Positions 41,383 through 56,216 of a stretch of 64,000 bases of DNA are shown piece by piece. The notes below the pieces were generated by a model that saw nothing but the letters and a program-made list of their open reading frames with translations, was not told the DNA's origin and made no database searches. The position numbers were made by a program, and so were the translations under genes. Origin of the DNA: Bigelowiella natans CCMP2755 (Eukaryota; Protista; Cercozoa); contig ADNK01002544.1 of assembly GCA_000320545.1 (NCBI GenBank), forward strand, positions 1 to 64,000, written 5' to 3'. Numbering within the stretch: position 1 is the first letter of the stretch; every line of letters starts with the position of its first letter.

Positions 41383-42377
41383 AGATGAGTATTTCAGCAT
41401 CCGTATGCATTATAAAGAAAACATCAAACCACAGGGAAATGAAAGTTGACTAGTATATGTATGAAAATTTGTATGTAACAATAATTAAATCCTCAATTCA
41501 CGACAACCTGATGGCCTGATCGTTGGTGCATTCGTAGGGTGTAAAGTAGTTGTTGGATTTTCAGTAGGTGATTGACTAGGTGAGCTACTTATAGGTCCAA
41601 GCGAAGGAGAATCACTGGTGGGAGAGCGAGACATCGATGGAGATAGTGTAGGGAATACAGACGGCGAGAAAGAGCTTGGAGATTGAGAAGGAGAGGTAGT
41701 TGTCGTAGGTGCTACTGATGGGCTGTGTGTCGGTGTATTCGTCATTGGACAAGCGGAAGGTACAAATGTAGTTGGGGTTGCGCTAATTGAAGGTGAAAGA
41801 CTAGGGCAATTCTGCAAAGAAACAAACACCAAAACCATAACTATATGAAAATGATGCATTTTGACGGCGAGGATGAATCAACAATAATGGCGATCGAAAG
41901 ATGTAAGATAGAATATTTTCTAAAAACAAATAACTATAGCTGGAGTGTGTGAGTAAAAAGAGCTGTGAATCAAATAGCACCATGTATCATCATTATTGCT
42001 CAAATTACGCTGAATTGTTAATACCGTTGGAGCATTTGATATTGGGGTTGTTGAAGGTGCTGTGGTGATGGTAGCTGTAGGTGATAAGGATGGTGAAGAA
42101 GATGGCGAGACAGAACTTGTAGGTTCAGATGTAGGTGATAGACTTGTTGGAGAATAACTTGATGGGGACATCGATGAGGGGCTTTTCGTAACTGTCGGGG
42201 AAATGCCTAAAACGTCAGCAAAAACACGACAAACAAAATTAAATTAGGACTATTTAGAATATCTATTTCATCAACCAGAGTAGCAAGAGACAAACAAACA
42301 CCTGAAAGGAAAGAAAGAGATGGAGAATCGAGGGAGAGAGAGGGGGGCGGAGATATAAAGATAAAAAACGAGAAAGA

Positions 42378-42413
<36 letters not shown>

Positions 42414-42617
42414 TATATGAGTGAGGAAAATAGAATGAAGATGACATCATTACTTGGAGAAACAGAAGGTGAATCGGAATTAGGGGAAAGTGATGGTATC
42501 GACGAGGGAGAACTCGTTGGTGATAGGGATGGACAAATCGTCGGCACCTACGATTACAGTTATAGCATTACGTGCATCTTATCTTTGTATAATAGCTTTA
42601 TTAATTGGAGAATAGAA

Positions 42618-42652
<35 letters not shown>

Positions 42653-45280
42653 ATTTAGCCATAAATTATCAAGAAGGTATGGAGAAAAGGAAAGAATAAA
42701 TAGGAGGGGGTGCAAGATTTAGATAAACAAGCTGACTACCTCAGTAGGCGTTGTAGTAAGAGAAGGACTTAGGGTTGGGGTGATGCTAGGAGCAATAGTA
42801 TTAGGGTTTTTGGACGGTGCATTTGAAGGTGATATCGAGGGGGAGAGGGAGGGAGATGTTGAAGGACAATTCGTCGCTATTGAAGGAGAAATGGTTGGAG
42901 AAGGGGTAGGCGCATTTGTAGCTGCTCGATTTGGTTTTGGAGGGAAAATGATGGTATCCCAGTCGGATGAGCAGCAAAATTAGAGCAAAGACAAAGAGCA
43001 ACGAAATCAAGAAATTAAAACAAGTTTTAGGGCAATGATATAGTTGGCGAAATATTCATCTGATACATCTTCACACGCTTTTCGAATACTAAATGATCTT
43101 TAAACTTTCTCTCTTTGGTGATTTTCTTTGTGTTTGATTCTATTGCGAAGAATTGCAAGCATTGGTATTTTCTAAAAAATAAGAATAAAAAGATTAAGTG
43201 TGTACTGACAAAGAGTTGGGTTCTGAGAGGGGGAGGTAGATGCGGGAAGAGAGGGAGAAGCAGAAGGAGAACTCGTAGGAGTAGTTGTCAAAGGAGCTGC
43301 TGAATTTGGAGATGATGTGGGAGATACTGAAACTGGGCTGTCAGTAGGATTTGTGGTTGGAGATGAGGAAGGAAGAAGAGATGGTGACACACTTGAAACA
43401 GAGGGGCAGAGTGTGTTGGGAGAGGCAGAAGGGCTATGGGTTGGAGAGGTTGTTGTTGGTATCCTGCTCATCAAACAAACACACATCAGCATACTTAAGG
43501 AAAGGAAGAAGATGGGCATACACAATTCGAAACAATCATCAAGAATCCATCATCATCATCATCATCACCACCACCATCATCATTATACACAGTCCTCCTC
43601 TCTGCTCCTATTCCTCTTTCTTCTCCTCCTTCTCCTCCTCCTCCTCCCTTTGTGCATCATATATCTCCACCTTGTTGGTGAATGGGACGGACTTGATGAG
43701 GGTGCTATTGTCGTTGGATGGTGCGACTTTATAGTAGGAGATGTAGTTGGAATATTGGTTGGAGAATGTGTTGGAGATGACACCGGTGTAGCTGATGGAG
43801 AGCTACTGCTGGGATGCAGCGTTTGGGGACATTTTGTCGGTTGAATGGTTGGAGTGCTAGTCGGTACGTGTGTTGGAGATTTCGTTGATGGAGATGATGA
43901 AGGAGATAAGGGAGACCTGCTGGGTGAAAACGTTGGACACGCTGAAGGTTGATAACTAGGATTATTAGTCGGTGTGCTTATCGGTGATCTCGTAGATGGC
44001 GATGTTGAAGGAGAACTACTGGGTTGGAGAGTAGTAGGAAGCTTTGTTGGTGATATCGTAGAGGGTGATACCGAGGAGGGAGATTGGGAAGGATGAGGCG
44101 TGGGGTATTTCGTTGGCGAGTTGGTCTCTGGTGACGACGTAGGCCGATATGTAGGAGCTGCTGAAGGCTTGTATGTTGGAGTCTTTGTGGGTGCAGTTGT
44201 CAAAGGGCTTTTGGTTGGAACATCCGTAGGTGATGTTTGAGGATTTTGAGAAGGCGGGGGAGTGGGATATTTAGTAGGCGATGTTGTCGAAGGACTCAGA
44301 GAAGGCTCGAGGGTTATTGGCGCTTTTGTTGGGGAAAGTGTTGGATACTTTGTCGGTGATATTGTCTGCGGACTTTGAGTGGGTTGTTGAGTTGGAAAGC
44401 TAGTTGGCTCGGGTGTGGGAAACTTCGTAGGTGATGTTGTTTGAGGGCTCTGAGAAGGGTCGGGGGTAGGATATTTAGTAGGCGATATTGTCGAAGGACT
44501 CTGAGAAGGATGCGAAGTTGGGAAATTTGTAGGATCTGGTGTTGGGTACTTCGTCGGTGATATGGTTTGAGGACTCTGAGAAGGATGCGAAGTTGGGAAA
44601 TCTGTAGGGTTGGGTGTTGGATACTTCGTGGGCGACGTTGTCGAAGGACTCTGAGAAGGGTGTGGAGTTGGAAAGTTTGTGGGGTCAGGGGTTGGATACT
44701 TCGTCGGCGACGTTGTGTGAGGACTCTGAGAAGGGTGTGGAGTTGGAAAATTTGTGGGGTCGGGGGTTGGATACTTCGTCGGTGATATTGTGTGAGGACT
44801 CTGAGAAGGGTGTGGAGTTGGAAAATTTGTGGGGTCGGGGGTTGGATACTTGGTCGGCGATGTTGTGTGAGGACTCTGAGAAGGGTGTGGAGTTGGAAAA
44901 TTTGTGGGGTCGGGGGTTGGATACTTCGTCGGTGATATTGTGTGAGGACTCTGAGAAGGGTGTGGAGTTGGAAAATTTGTGGGGTCGGGGGTTGGATACT
45001 TTGTCGGCGATGTTGTGTGAGGACTCTGAGAAGGGTGTGGAGTTGGAAAATTTGTGGGGTCGGGGGTTGGATACTTGGTCGGCGATGTTGTGTGAGGACT
45101 CTGAGAAGGGTGCGGAGTTGGAAAGTTGGTCGGATCGGGTGTTGGATACTGCGTGGGCGAGGTTGTAAGAGGACTTCCAGAGGGTGCAGGCACAGGATTT
45201 CCCTTCGTTACACCCATGCTAATACCAATTATGATAAAGGACAACAATTGCATCGAAGGATGCGGCATCGTCCACAGCAT
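32893..45280 (-). CDS. Very large mucin-like surface protein: signal peptide, P/S/T repeat stalk, SEA-like segment, several TM helices, long low-complexity tail
   Basis: Hydrophobic N-terminus (MQLLSFIIIGISMGVTKG). PT/PS repeat exons span 38.5-45.2 kb. Exons at 37.8-38.3 kb include LACGSVLVAA. Hydrophobic exons at 37450-37540, 37170-37310, 36870-37090, 36630-36720 and 36240-36355. Phase-compatible hydrophilic exons run down to ~32893; joining of the tail exons is tentative. Confidence 0.65.
39470..41250 (-). repeat. Higher-order coding repeat of Cys-containing mucin units (PSxSP[ST]RCPT)
   Basis: Near-identical blocks of a few hundred bp are reused in varying order within ORF 38644-41307. 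Confidence 0.9.
44490..45150 (-). repeat. Coding tandem repeat, 75-bp unit (PHPSQSPHT[T/I]SPTKYPTPDPTNFPT)
   Basis: GAGGACTCTGAGAAGGG recurs at 75-bp spacing (44719, 44794, 44869, 44944, 45019, 45094). Confidence 0.95.
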
Positions 45281-46207
45281 CTCTCCCCAATCTGTTCAGA
45301 ACGATATTCATTCATCACTGAGATAGTGTCAAATTTCCATATAAAGAAGGAAACCCATAATTTGTCAACCTCACCGGGTTTCATTATCTTACATGTACTA
45401 TTGAATAAGAATAAAAGCATGGTTCCATTGGTCTACCGTTGGGTCTCCGCGAGGGAGGGGAGACGTGAAAACTGAGATAACCTCCTGGATAACTCTGTAC
45501 TTTTTCTTGTCCGTACTACATCTAAAAAACAATTCGTAAATCTATTTATAGATGCTTATTCATGTGAAGACTTTCTCTACGATGATGCACCACCTCTAGA
45601 TATCTTCGTACGATGTTTACAGCATTAAAGATATTCTAAATTGAGATGTTACAGTACTTGTCAAGGGCTGCTCCTTGTTAATATACTCCTGGAAGTTCTG
45701 CACACAAACCAGCAGTAGATCTAATAACAGCACCAGATCGAGCTAGTAAGTTACTAGTAACTGATTTGCACACGTGCCGGAATCATCAGTTATCAATGAC
45801 CGTAGGTTAATGCTTTGACTTACAACTTTACATGTTGTCGCAATCAATAAATGCAACGGAATGTCTACTTCTATGAGTAAGCTCTTAGACATTTCTTCTT
45901 TTTGGTTGTCGCACGTAAAGAACAGAGAGCATTTTAATTGTGCTGCTTGAAGTTCCCAGTGTGGGGGCGCATCCCTGCTCTCCTCTAGTAGATCAATACA
46001 CATCACACTCTCTGCTTCATGGTGGAGTGGTGGTGGTGGCGATGAAGCCGGTAGCAGGAGCACTTGCACAAAGTCAACGAAATTGGGTTAAAACTTGGCG
46101 CTTATCTCCTCTCCACCTTAAAAAAGGGGGGGGATTCCACACTACAAGACGATTTCCCCAGAATAAGAAGGAAACGAGTTGACGCTGATTTCGCCTGACA
46201 GCAAATA

Positions 46208-47031
46208 ATGGGGGTTTCTAAATGGCTTATCACCACGATATTGCAAGTCGGAGCTTCGTTCGCATTATTCATCCTAAATTTAGCACAGGTAGGAGACCAA
46301 TCCTGCAAAAAATCGATAGGATGCTCCTCATAACTTTCAATACAAAAATACCCCAGTTTATATTTAACTTAGTGCAAAACAACCTGATCATCTATCGTTT
46401 GATGTTTCTGTGGCTGTGATTACAGGTTTGGAAGACTAAGACCCCAAATAGGGGAGCACACCGACATTCACAAACTAGATCTTCGAGGATTTCGGGAGGA
46501 GCGGCAAACACCAAAAATCAACCAGCTTTCAAAGTCACCACGCAAAGAATGAATCTAGTTTCCTCAATTATCCTCCTAACATTCTCGGTAATGATAGTAC
46601 TATCCATTGCAATAGGTTTTCGTTGTTTTGAGTGGTGTAGTAATTGTAAATGTGAGAAATGTTTATACACTAAGTACGGAAAATAAGTTGTTGGATGCCA
46701 TTGTTCTTAAAACTGTTCTTTCAACCATCTCTTGCTATATATTCCCTTCCCCTAGTTAAGTGTGTTGATTCATGGCGAAGCGATGTATGGTGTCTTATCT
46801 CGTATCTATACTTTGTATATTGGTATTGTATTGATGGGTGGTGTTGTTGTTGTTTCTGCTACAGTTTGATCCTTCTGGGGCTCACAACATGATAAATTGG
46901 ATCTTGCGTATCGCTCTTATGTCCTTATTGGAGGTATACACTCGACATTTTCCTCGGTTGTGTAATTATCTTTCTTGATAGCGTTTTCAGTTCTGATGCA
47001 ATTCAGTAGATTTTATCGTTTTAAACTAAAA

Positions 47032-47077
<46 letters not shown>

Positions 47078-49559
47078 TATGCGTGTGTGTGTGTGTGTGT
47101 GTGTGTGTTGTTCCTGCTGTGTGTATTTATGTAGTCGATCGTGTTGATTACAACGATATATCTAGTGGTCAGGCTATTAGTATCAACACTCAGGGTACAT
47201 CTTTTGTAGTAAATCTAGCTGTCGTAGATCTTTGTGAAAAAAAAATATTTTGAGTTGTAATTAATACTAATGATGATTTTGTTTGAATACTACACTTACT
47301 AAACATATAACCATCGAGAATGATGTTCTGTGTATAAATATAAATGTAATATTGGGAAGTGTCATTCTCTAAACTGTGGTACTACCATCAACACAACAAC
47401 AACTACTACTACTACTACTACTACTACAATACAATCTTCAGCTTCATCAAGTCTACACTGCTCCGCAACTCTATAGATATGAGAAACGTCTTTGTGGTAG
47501 TAGCAGTACTTCACTAGCAATAAAAACACTCTGCTAAAACCTGTGATAGTACGTGACTGCTTATACCGGTAGCAAACATTAAATGATGACACCAGTAATG
47601 AGACTAAATGTTGTGAATTATCTTGGCATTCTGCCAATTTAAAAAACCGATGATTCTCTAAGGGTTCTGAAGATAATGGTAGTATTGTAGATTTATTCCT
47701 AGTTGAGCATGTTCGTTTCTTATTAAATAGGTGGAGTTCTCATTGGCCATCTAACTGCTTTTTGCATTGGTATTGCAACGGCATCGTATTCGCTATTCTT
47801 TGTATTTTCTGGACTCACAAATCTTGCCACCGTTATAGGTAGTAGGAACATTTATTCTGTAGCATTCGTTGTTAGAGTTGTTGTTTGGTAGAAATAGTAG
47901 TACAGGTAGCTGCCTTCATTTTCATCCACTTTTTAGCATGTGAAGTTTTTCTTGTAACATTAATCATGAGCACCTGTAGCAGAAGCAGCAGCAGCAGGGA
48001 TCTTACACTTTTAGCTAATGACAAAAGGCTTTATGTTTTGTTGTGTTTTTGGTGGTTTTGTGGGTTGCTACTTCAATAAACTTATAGTATCAATAAAGAA
48101 AAGTCAGGGCATAACTTTGTAATAAGAGATGCATTTATATATGAAAATAGACGATAATAACTACTTTTCCCCCCCTCATCTCTTTGCTTCTTTGTTTTCT
48201 GTATTTCTCTTGATGCTACTACTCACAGGGTTTGGATCGTTTGGGTTGCGTGGTGTGTACTTCTTGAGTACGGTACTATCAGCATGATGCGAGTCAGGAG
48301 GAGTATATATGCCGAATAATATCACAAGTCACGATAAATGTAGTTATAATCGCAAGGCTGATGATAGAATGAATGGATGGTTTTTCCAAGTAGAAGGAAG
48401 TTGGTGGTGATGGTGTAAGTAGAACGTACAAGTATTGCTATGTATAATTTGACTGCTGTGGACTCCAACATAGAATTTAGAAGAAGTCTTGGTGGAGACG
48501 ATAAAGAAGCTGAAAAAAGGGTAATAATGCGTGGTAGTGAAGAACAGCTATAAATAGTGATGATTAATACCAAACGCCCCCACGCAATTCTATTTGCAGG
48601 ACGATGCGTGCAAAGTCAAGGCTACGCATCCAGATACTTCGATACCATAAAAATCAGAAAACGGTCATTTTCCATCATTTGCTTTCTTTCTTAGTAGAGA
48701 AAATACAAGTGGTAGTAGTAGTAGTGGTAGCAGCAGAAGAAGAAGGTCAACGCAATTATTCTTGATTATGATAACCGATGAAAGAAATGCGGGTCATTGC
48801 TTTTTAGGAGTGATAATGTATCATGGGGGGGGGGGGAAGGAGATATAATAGCACACTTTACAATTGTTTCACCTTTGAAGTAAAGCTCGATCTTGTTGTT
48901 GATGATACTCAGCTGAAGACTAGCTTCTGGTTATGGTCTACGACTGTGTCAATATGGGCAATTGGAAGTAAATTATATGTAGCAACCTTCTTTGTTAATT
49001 TTTATAAAAAGAAGAAGAAGAAATACGAATCCTACAGATGAGAGGAGGAAACTTACTATGTGCGTGTGTTGTTTTAGGTATAATGCGAATTCTGTCATTT
49101 ATGGATGATAGGCGACTAGACGATCAAGGGTAGTAGTAGTAGTGGTAGTAGTAGTAGTAGCAGTATTTGTGTGAAAAGCAGCAGCCGCAGCATCAATTCG
49201 AAACTGTTTTCTCATTATCATAATCATCGTCATGTTGGAACTTCTATCAATATATTTTATTGTAGTGGCAATGATGATCTGCTCTGCATTTGATAGCAGA
49301 TAGGCATGCAGGATAAAATATCAGTAAATGTATATATTGCCCGCTAATCTTTACAGACATCAAGATTACAATATATTAACTGCAGTGGTTCCTTTCGGGT
49401 AGTAGTAGTAGTAGTACTAGTAGTAGTAATAGTATTTGTAGGAAGAGACATTTTGCAACAACAAACAAACAAACAACGTGACTACTACTGGTGTCAGAGA
49501 ATGACTGTTATTATTCCCAACTAACAAACCAAGCAACCGACCAACAATAGCAGCTGCCG

Positions 49560-49594
<35 letters not shown>

Positions 49595-49743
49595 CAGTCT
49601 TTTTCCACTGACATTATTTCTTTCTTCATGCTTCGTTAATTGCGCAAAATCGCCACATAAACAATAATATTTATATCTTTCATAGATGCACATTTACTTC
49701 CTGAGATCTCATCTTTATATTTCTATGATTTCTAATGTCTACC

Positions 49744-49777
<34 letters not shown>

Positions 49778-49922
49778 GTCGTCGTCGTTGTCATCGTCAA
49801 TATTATCACAGTCATTCTCATCAGTACGATGTATTTGCTCCAGATATTGTGTATCAATTCTATCTCTGATGTATTACGCGTGGACACCATTGGCGAAGCA
49901 GAATGCAGCAGAGAATACAATC
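46208..49922 (+). CDS. Multi-pass (about 7 TM) membrane region, GPCR-like topology; multi-exon
   Basis: From ATG 46208: MGVSKWLITTILQVGASFALFILNLAQ | ...QRMNLVSSIILLTFS | FDPSGAHNMINWILRIALMSLLE | SIVLITTIYLVVRLLVSTLR | GVLIGHLTAFCIGIATASYSLFFVFSG | VWIVWVAWCVLLEYG | SFWLWSTTVSIWAIG-IMRILSF | ILTAVVPFG-YCVSILSLMYYAW, bounded by GT-AG. Confidence 0.65.
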
Positions 49923-50319
49923 CATGTATTATTAGTATTATAGTCTTGCAGTTTACTGCAAGTATCATATTATCAGAAACAACAAAGTAGTATTTAAAAA
50001 TAATATTCTTAAATATTCTGAGAAATGCAAGATAAAATATTTTAGGTAGTGTAGAATGTAGCGTTATGAAATTTGACACCTTTATAGTAGAAGTCATTAT
50101 TGAGTTCTGCCATAATCTACAACCTGTTAATTTGTTTATAATGATGATTAACGGCACAATATATTCCTCTACAACGTTACACCATAGGAGGATGCACATC
50201 AAACTCGAGAGCAAGCCAATGATAGTACCCAACACCATCAAAGACAAACGTCGATAAGTAAAGATGAGTTTGTCCGCACACAAGCAAGAGCAAAGGTTGC
50301 GGTGAATGCGTGCGACTAC

Positions 50320-50350
<31 letters not shown>

Positions 50351-50516
50351 CTACTGCATGATGATGGTAATTTGCACACCTGTGTCGTTGTGAGATATGA
50401 TCGTCTTATGAGACTTTAACTATCTACCCACAGTTTTGCCTTCTCTTTCTTTCTTTCTCCCTCTCCCTCTCTCCCACTCTCTCGCTCGTACTCTCTTTCT
50501 ATGTTTCTTTCTAATT

Positions 50517-50554
<38 letters not shown>

Positions 50555-51400
50555 CATTAATGCGGTATAAATCGAAACATGGCTCAAGGGTTGATGATAC
50601 GTCCTTCAATGGTAGTAGTAGTAGTATTAATAGCGAGTTGTAGCATACTAGTTGTGGCGGTGGTAGGCAGTGCAAACCGTATTGCGCGAAGCACAAGAAC
50701 ACTCCTCAATAGGAGCTCTTGCATAACACTAGTAGCTGCTCATAAATTGGTATGAATAAGAATGTGCTCACGTGTGATTTGGTGGTGGATTAGAATATTT
50801 GGAAGATGGTGGTGATGATAATGATGGTGATGAATCAATACAAGTGATATCTCGTCAATGTTGTTGTCGTGCCTCAGCAACAATAGACTCAACATCGTCG
50901 CCAAGCATACGACTTCGATATCAAGGGGGGGGGGATGAATCTCCAATCGGAAGAGGAGGAGCTAATCAAGTATAGTAGTAGTGCCTTGTTTTGATGGTGA
51001 TGGTGATGATGATGGTGATGGTGATGACATTATTATGATTGTAAAGATTAACGCAGTTGTCGCTGCCTGCTGCTGGGGCTTAAAAAAAGGAGTTATGACC
51101 ATAAATACATGTATGCATGAGCATAAATTGTAATATTCAAAGGGGTTGCAGTGGTGTTGGTTTGAGCCGCCACTCAAAGGCCCCTCTACCACTGTTTATA
51201 AAGATGAAGTTTGTTTGTTGATGAGTGAATGGTGGGGTGCTTTGTTCGCTCAAAGCTAATATAATCGACTATGATACGATATCACTCTGCCTATCAAATT
51301 ACCACCAAATTTATCAAAATCATCAGCTGTTACGCGAGACTCCCAGAGGTGTTGCAAATCCCTATATGGTTTCAAAGGTATTGTGTTATCAATATAACAC

Positions 51401-51438
<38 letters not shown>

Positions 51439-52936
51439 CGTCTTGAGTGAATTGAGCATATTCGGTATGTTCAATTTTAATGATAAATTAAACAAGCGAA
51501 GGCAAACATATTAAATACCAATGTGGGTACATGAATATATATATATGTATATATTAATATATTATTCGTATATCATTATGATTGATGATACACGTTGGCT
51601 GAGAAAGCATGTCTCTTTATTATATGCTACATCCATTACACCGTATTAGATCACGCTCTTTGTTTCTTCTTATTATTCTTTTTAACTTTGTATTGCACAG
51701 AATTCCTTCCAAAATCCTTTCCTACAAAGTGCAGTAGCAGTCGGAGCTGTAACGAGAGAGTTTAATGACGCTCACGGCAATGACAAAAAGGACGTTAACC
51801 TGAGAAACAGAGGGGGGGGAGGGGGGGGAGGAGGAGGAGGAGGAGAGCGAGATCAGAAAGGGTTGGAAGGTTATTCTGGAGACATAGACAACAATTTGCC
51901 AAGAGTTTCTCTCGATAGAAAACAACAACAACAACAACGAGGACTATTTCATGCTAAAGGGGAGATACTACGCAATGACGACGATAACGAAGGGAAACAC
52001 ACCACCACCTCCTCCTCCTCCTCCTCAGTTACCAACAGCAATTGTGCTTATAGTATGAAGAAGAAGAGGCTACAGCACAACGCCCCATTACAAAGGGGAG
52101 GCGCAGTAGAAGTAGAAGAAGAAGAGGAAGGAACAGTTATTGGTCTTGAAGGCAGTAGAGGAAAAAGAAGAATAACAAATCCTCATTATATTCCACAACA
52201 AGAACAACAACACCTTCCTATAGCAAAAGCTCAAGATTTAGGTATATTATGTTGATTGCTATCACTGTTTTATGCGTATGTTACTATGAGTGTCCGTCCC
52301 CTTGAATACGACGCCAATGCATTTGCACGAGTAGATAAGGGGAGCAAGAAACGGAGAGAGAGATTATAGCTTTTCTTGTGTATAATCTAGTATTCCACGA
52401 TATATCCTCAAACGTTTCTTCTCTGACAATACGACAAAATCCATCAATACAAAAAGAACAAAATGGCACTGAACGTCCCAGCATTTCTCTGAAATTCGGC
52501 AATGCACGGAGAAGAATGATGATGAGGAGGAATAATCCGCCGAGAGCATCACCATCTATGAACAATGTCAATAACCTGGCGATGAGGCAGTCAATTGATC
52601 ACGTCGAGGCAAAACTCTATACAATCAAAGGTTTTGAGTAGAAACTATGGGGCTATTATTTCGTGATGCAAACGACAACAACAAGAAGAAGAAGAAGAAG
52701 AAGAAGAAGAAGAGAGAAAGTAGATAACATTTGCTACTATGATATGAATTGAATAAATAGATTGTATTGTTGATTCAAGGTTCAACGGTAAGTGTAGCAA
52801 GAACTTCGGATCATTCTTCCACGAATAATGACCTTACAGCAGCTGGAGGTGAGAGGACAATTAGTATACAATAAATGGGAAAGCTGCTCATGTTGACTTT
52901 ACGAATTGATGCCGTATTATACATTGATCTTTATAT

Positions 52937-52975
<39 letters not shown>

Positions 52976-54209
52976 TATGTATTCATATATTTACATATTT
53001 ATACACATATAAAAGTAATATTTATCAACATCGATATACGTGGGTGTAAAAGGATATGTGCATATGAGCATCACCCAAACTGAATGTAGATTTCGAGTAG
53101 TTTCTTACAAAACTGAGCCAAGTATTCTATCGTGTGATCGTTCTCTGTTAATTTGCCGCACGTCACGTGCTACTACTACTACTACTACTACTACTACTCT
53201 ACTACTTCTACTGCTCCTTAGGAGTCACCGAAGTTGATGTTAAAGGAACAGAGGGAGGACATAATACCCCTGATAGATCTCGTAGAGCACAACCCGTACC
53301 AGCGGGCAAGCTGCAGCAAGAACGACGCACTACAATAGTAGTGACAGGTAGCTGCTTGTGAGTATCATCATTCATTCGAAATAGGAGAAGGAGACCACAC
53401 TAGCAGCTACTTCTTTATTTTGTTGTTTGCCATTTAACAATGCCACCACAAAGCCACTATCTCTCTCTCTCGCTCTCTCTCGCTCTCTCTCTCCTTCTCT
53501 CTGAAAACTGAAAAATATTTGTGCTGTTGTTTCAATTATTCTTGTTGTTCTTCTTCTTGATGTTCTTCTTTCACTTTGTCATTAATTAGATGGGCATGGT
53601 GCCCTCACAGATGCTGCTGCTGAACAGCAGCGAAGGAGGACAATGAATGTCGGGGAGCAAGAACGTCACACAATAGCCATGACTGATGATGATGGTGATG
53701 GTAATGGCAGCAATCCTCTAGTTGCTAGTAGAGATACCATGATAGTGGGAGGAGGAGGAGGAGGAGGAGGAGGAGGAGACTACAACAACGACGAAGCTTT
53801 GGATAGAAAACAGCAGCAGGGATTGGGGAGAGGGGAAGAGGATCCTTTTGATCAGCTCGCATCATTTCGCAAAAGAATTCAAACATACAACAGGTGATAA
53901 TTGTAGTTAGGAGGGGGCTGGAATAAGCGTGACACTATGTGTGATAGGGAAGCAATAAAAATAAAAATAATAATAATAATAAATAATAATAATAATAATA
54001 ATAGTAACAGAGTAGTAACAATCAGTAGTAGTTCTATAAGTTGTAGCATCAACCGCCAAGTAATTTCAAGTCCAAAATCGCAATTTCCTATTGATCGGTT
54101 TGAGTGCCTCCTCGTCACCAGACTGTTCTCATTCTTCTTCTTCTTCTTCTTCTTCTTCTTCTTCTTCCCATACCATGACCACTACTCTTGTTGTTCGTTT
54201 ATCATCAGA

Positions 54210-54702
54210 GTCTGTGCAGAGATTAGGCAATCAGAGAGTACCTACGTGGAAAGTCTGCGAACAGTCGTCGATTGTTTTGCCAAACCCTTTCTCAATTCTG
54301 TCGAATCTAATGATTCCAAAAAGAAAGGGAGGGGGGTGGTGAGTAGTCCCGCTATCATCGAGAGGCGTGATGCTGCTATGTTATTCAACAACATCGAAGA
54401 GATCTTGAATCTTCATGAATCAAAGTTGTCGCAGCTAATAAATGCTCCTAATGAGGAGATACACAAGCAGTTTGAAACATGCTCGTCGCTAATGGCACGA
54501 GTGTATTCAAGATATACAAACGGATACGGTATATAATGTTGATATAATTTGAATATAGTTATATTTGTATACGGTGATGGTTGCACTGTTTTAGTGCATG
54601 AAGAAAGGGGTAGCTTTAGTTAGCGATAATGATGTTCTCAATTGCCATCCTGTATTTGAAAAGAAGAAATAAGATATTCGTCCTTGTGTCTCTATATTAA
54701 GG

Positions 54703-54733
<31 letters not shown>

Positions 54734-55326
54734 GGGGATGATGCTAGTTGTCCTATATGAGTATTTATCTCTCTGTTTGATGTAATTCTCTTCTTAGAAA
54801 AGCTACTAACATTGCTCCTTCAATCGTTTTCTACTACACCTAACAGAAAAGGCTATAGAAGTTGTGCGCAAATATGAGGCAAATTCCAAATTTCATGGGT
54901 TACTAGAAGATGCGTGCAGAAAATCAAATAAATCCTTGGGGTTAATGGCATATCTTATAATGCCGGTTCAGAGAATACCCCGCTATGCTCTTTTATTTAA
55001 AGAGGTGAGCAGCTTGCTAGGAATGATGAAAATGTATAAATAAACACCAAACATTATGTTGATAATCAACTACCTTTTCCTTCATCGTCTAACAGTTATC
55101 ACTTCTTTTATGCGTGCAACACAAACAACACAAACGCAGCTTTTGAAGTCCACTAGTGAAGAGCAAGCTGACCAACGAAAAAGCATACAAAATGCTCTAA
55201 GAAACGTAAGTGTGCGTGAGATCGATTATGTTAATATTTCGGGTGTGTTTGTACAGGTTTGTATGAATGTGCATGCGTACATACAAATGAGATTATTGGG
55301 TTTCTTTTGTAGATGTGTAAGTAAAT

Positions 55327-55400
<74 letters not shown>

Positions 55401-55750
55401 CATATATAACTTCACAGTTGTTCTATTCTAACAGATAGAAGAGATTGCGACAGTTATCAATGAGAAAAAACGTCGTTTTGACAACAAAATCAACCTTTGT
55501 GCAGTTCAGGCAAAGGTAGTAGTTGATGATGATAGTAGACCCTGTGTTTGATATGAGTAGTGTCACTCTGACCTCCTCCTTTCTACCCAAATCATCAGTT
55601 GGGGAGATCTATTCCACGACTTTCTGATGGAGGAGGGCTCTTGTTCGACTTGCATCTTGATGGCCGCTCATTTTTATTTGAGGGAAAAACGAAACAACTC
55701 AAACAACACTCACACCACGTTAAAAATCGGTAGTAGTCATGTGTATTGAC

Positions 55751-55818
<68 letters not shown>

Positions 55819-56179
55819 ACAACAGCAGCATGATATCTGCCTCATGGATGTGTTGATGAAGGATACTGCCATAACATAAGCTACATACGATCGCAGATAG
55901 ACCGACAGATAACGCTGCGTGTGTTATGTTTACTAGTAAGAATACAATATGATGAAGAGGATAATGCTTGGTTCAACGTTGTTGTTGTTGTTGTTGTTGT
56001 TGTCAGAGTTGTGGTTTTGTTCTCGGATGCGATGTTATGGGCTACGTTCCCGGCCTATAAATATAAAGGTTGTAAGACTCTTTTTCAATACTAAGAGAAG
56101 GAAGAAACGGGGATTTCGTAGACCGAGAAAGACAGCTTATACCACTAATTCGAATAGTACTGCTACTACTTCTACTACC

Positions 56180-56216
<37 letters not shown>

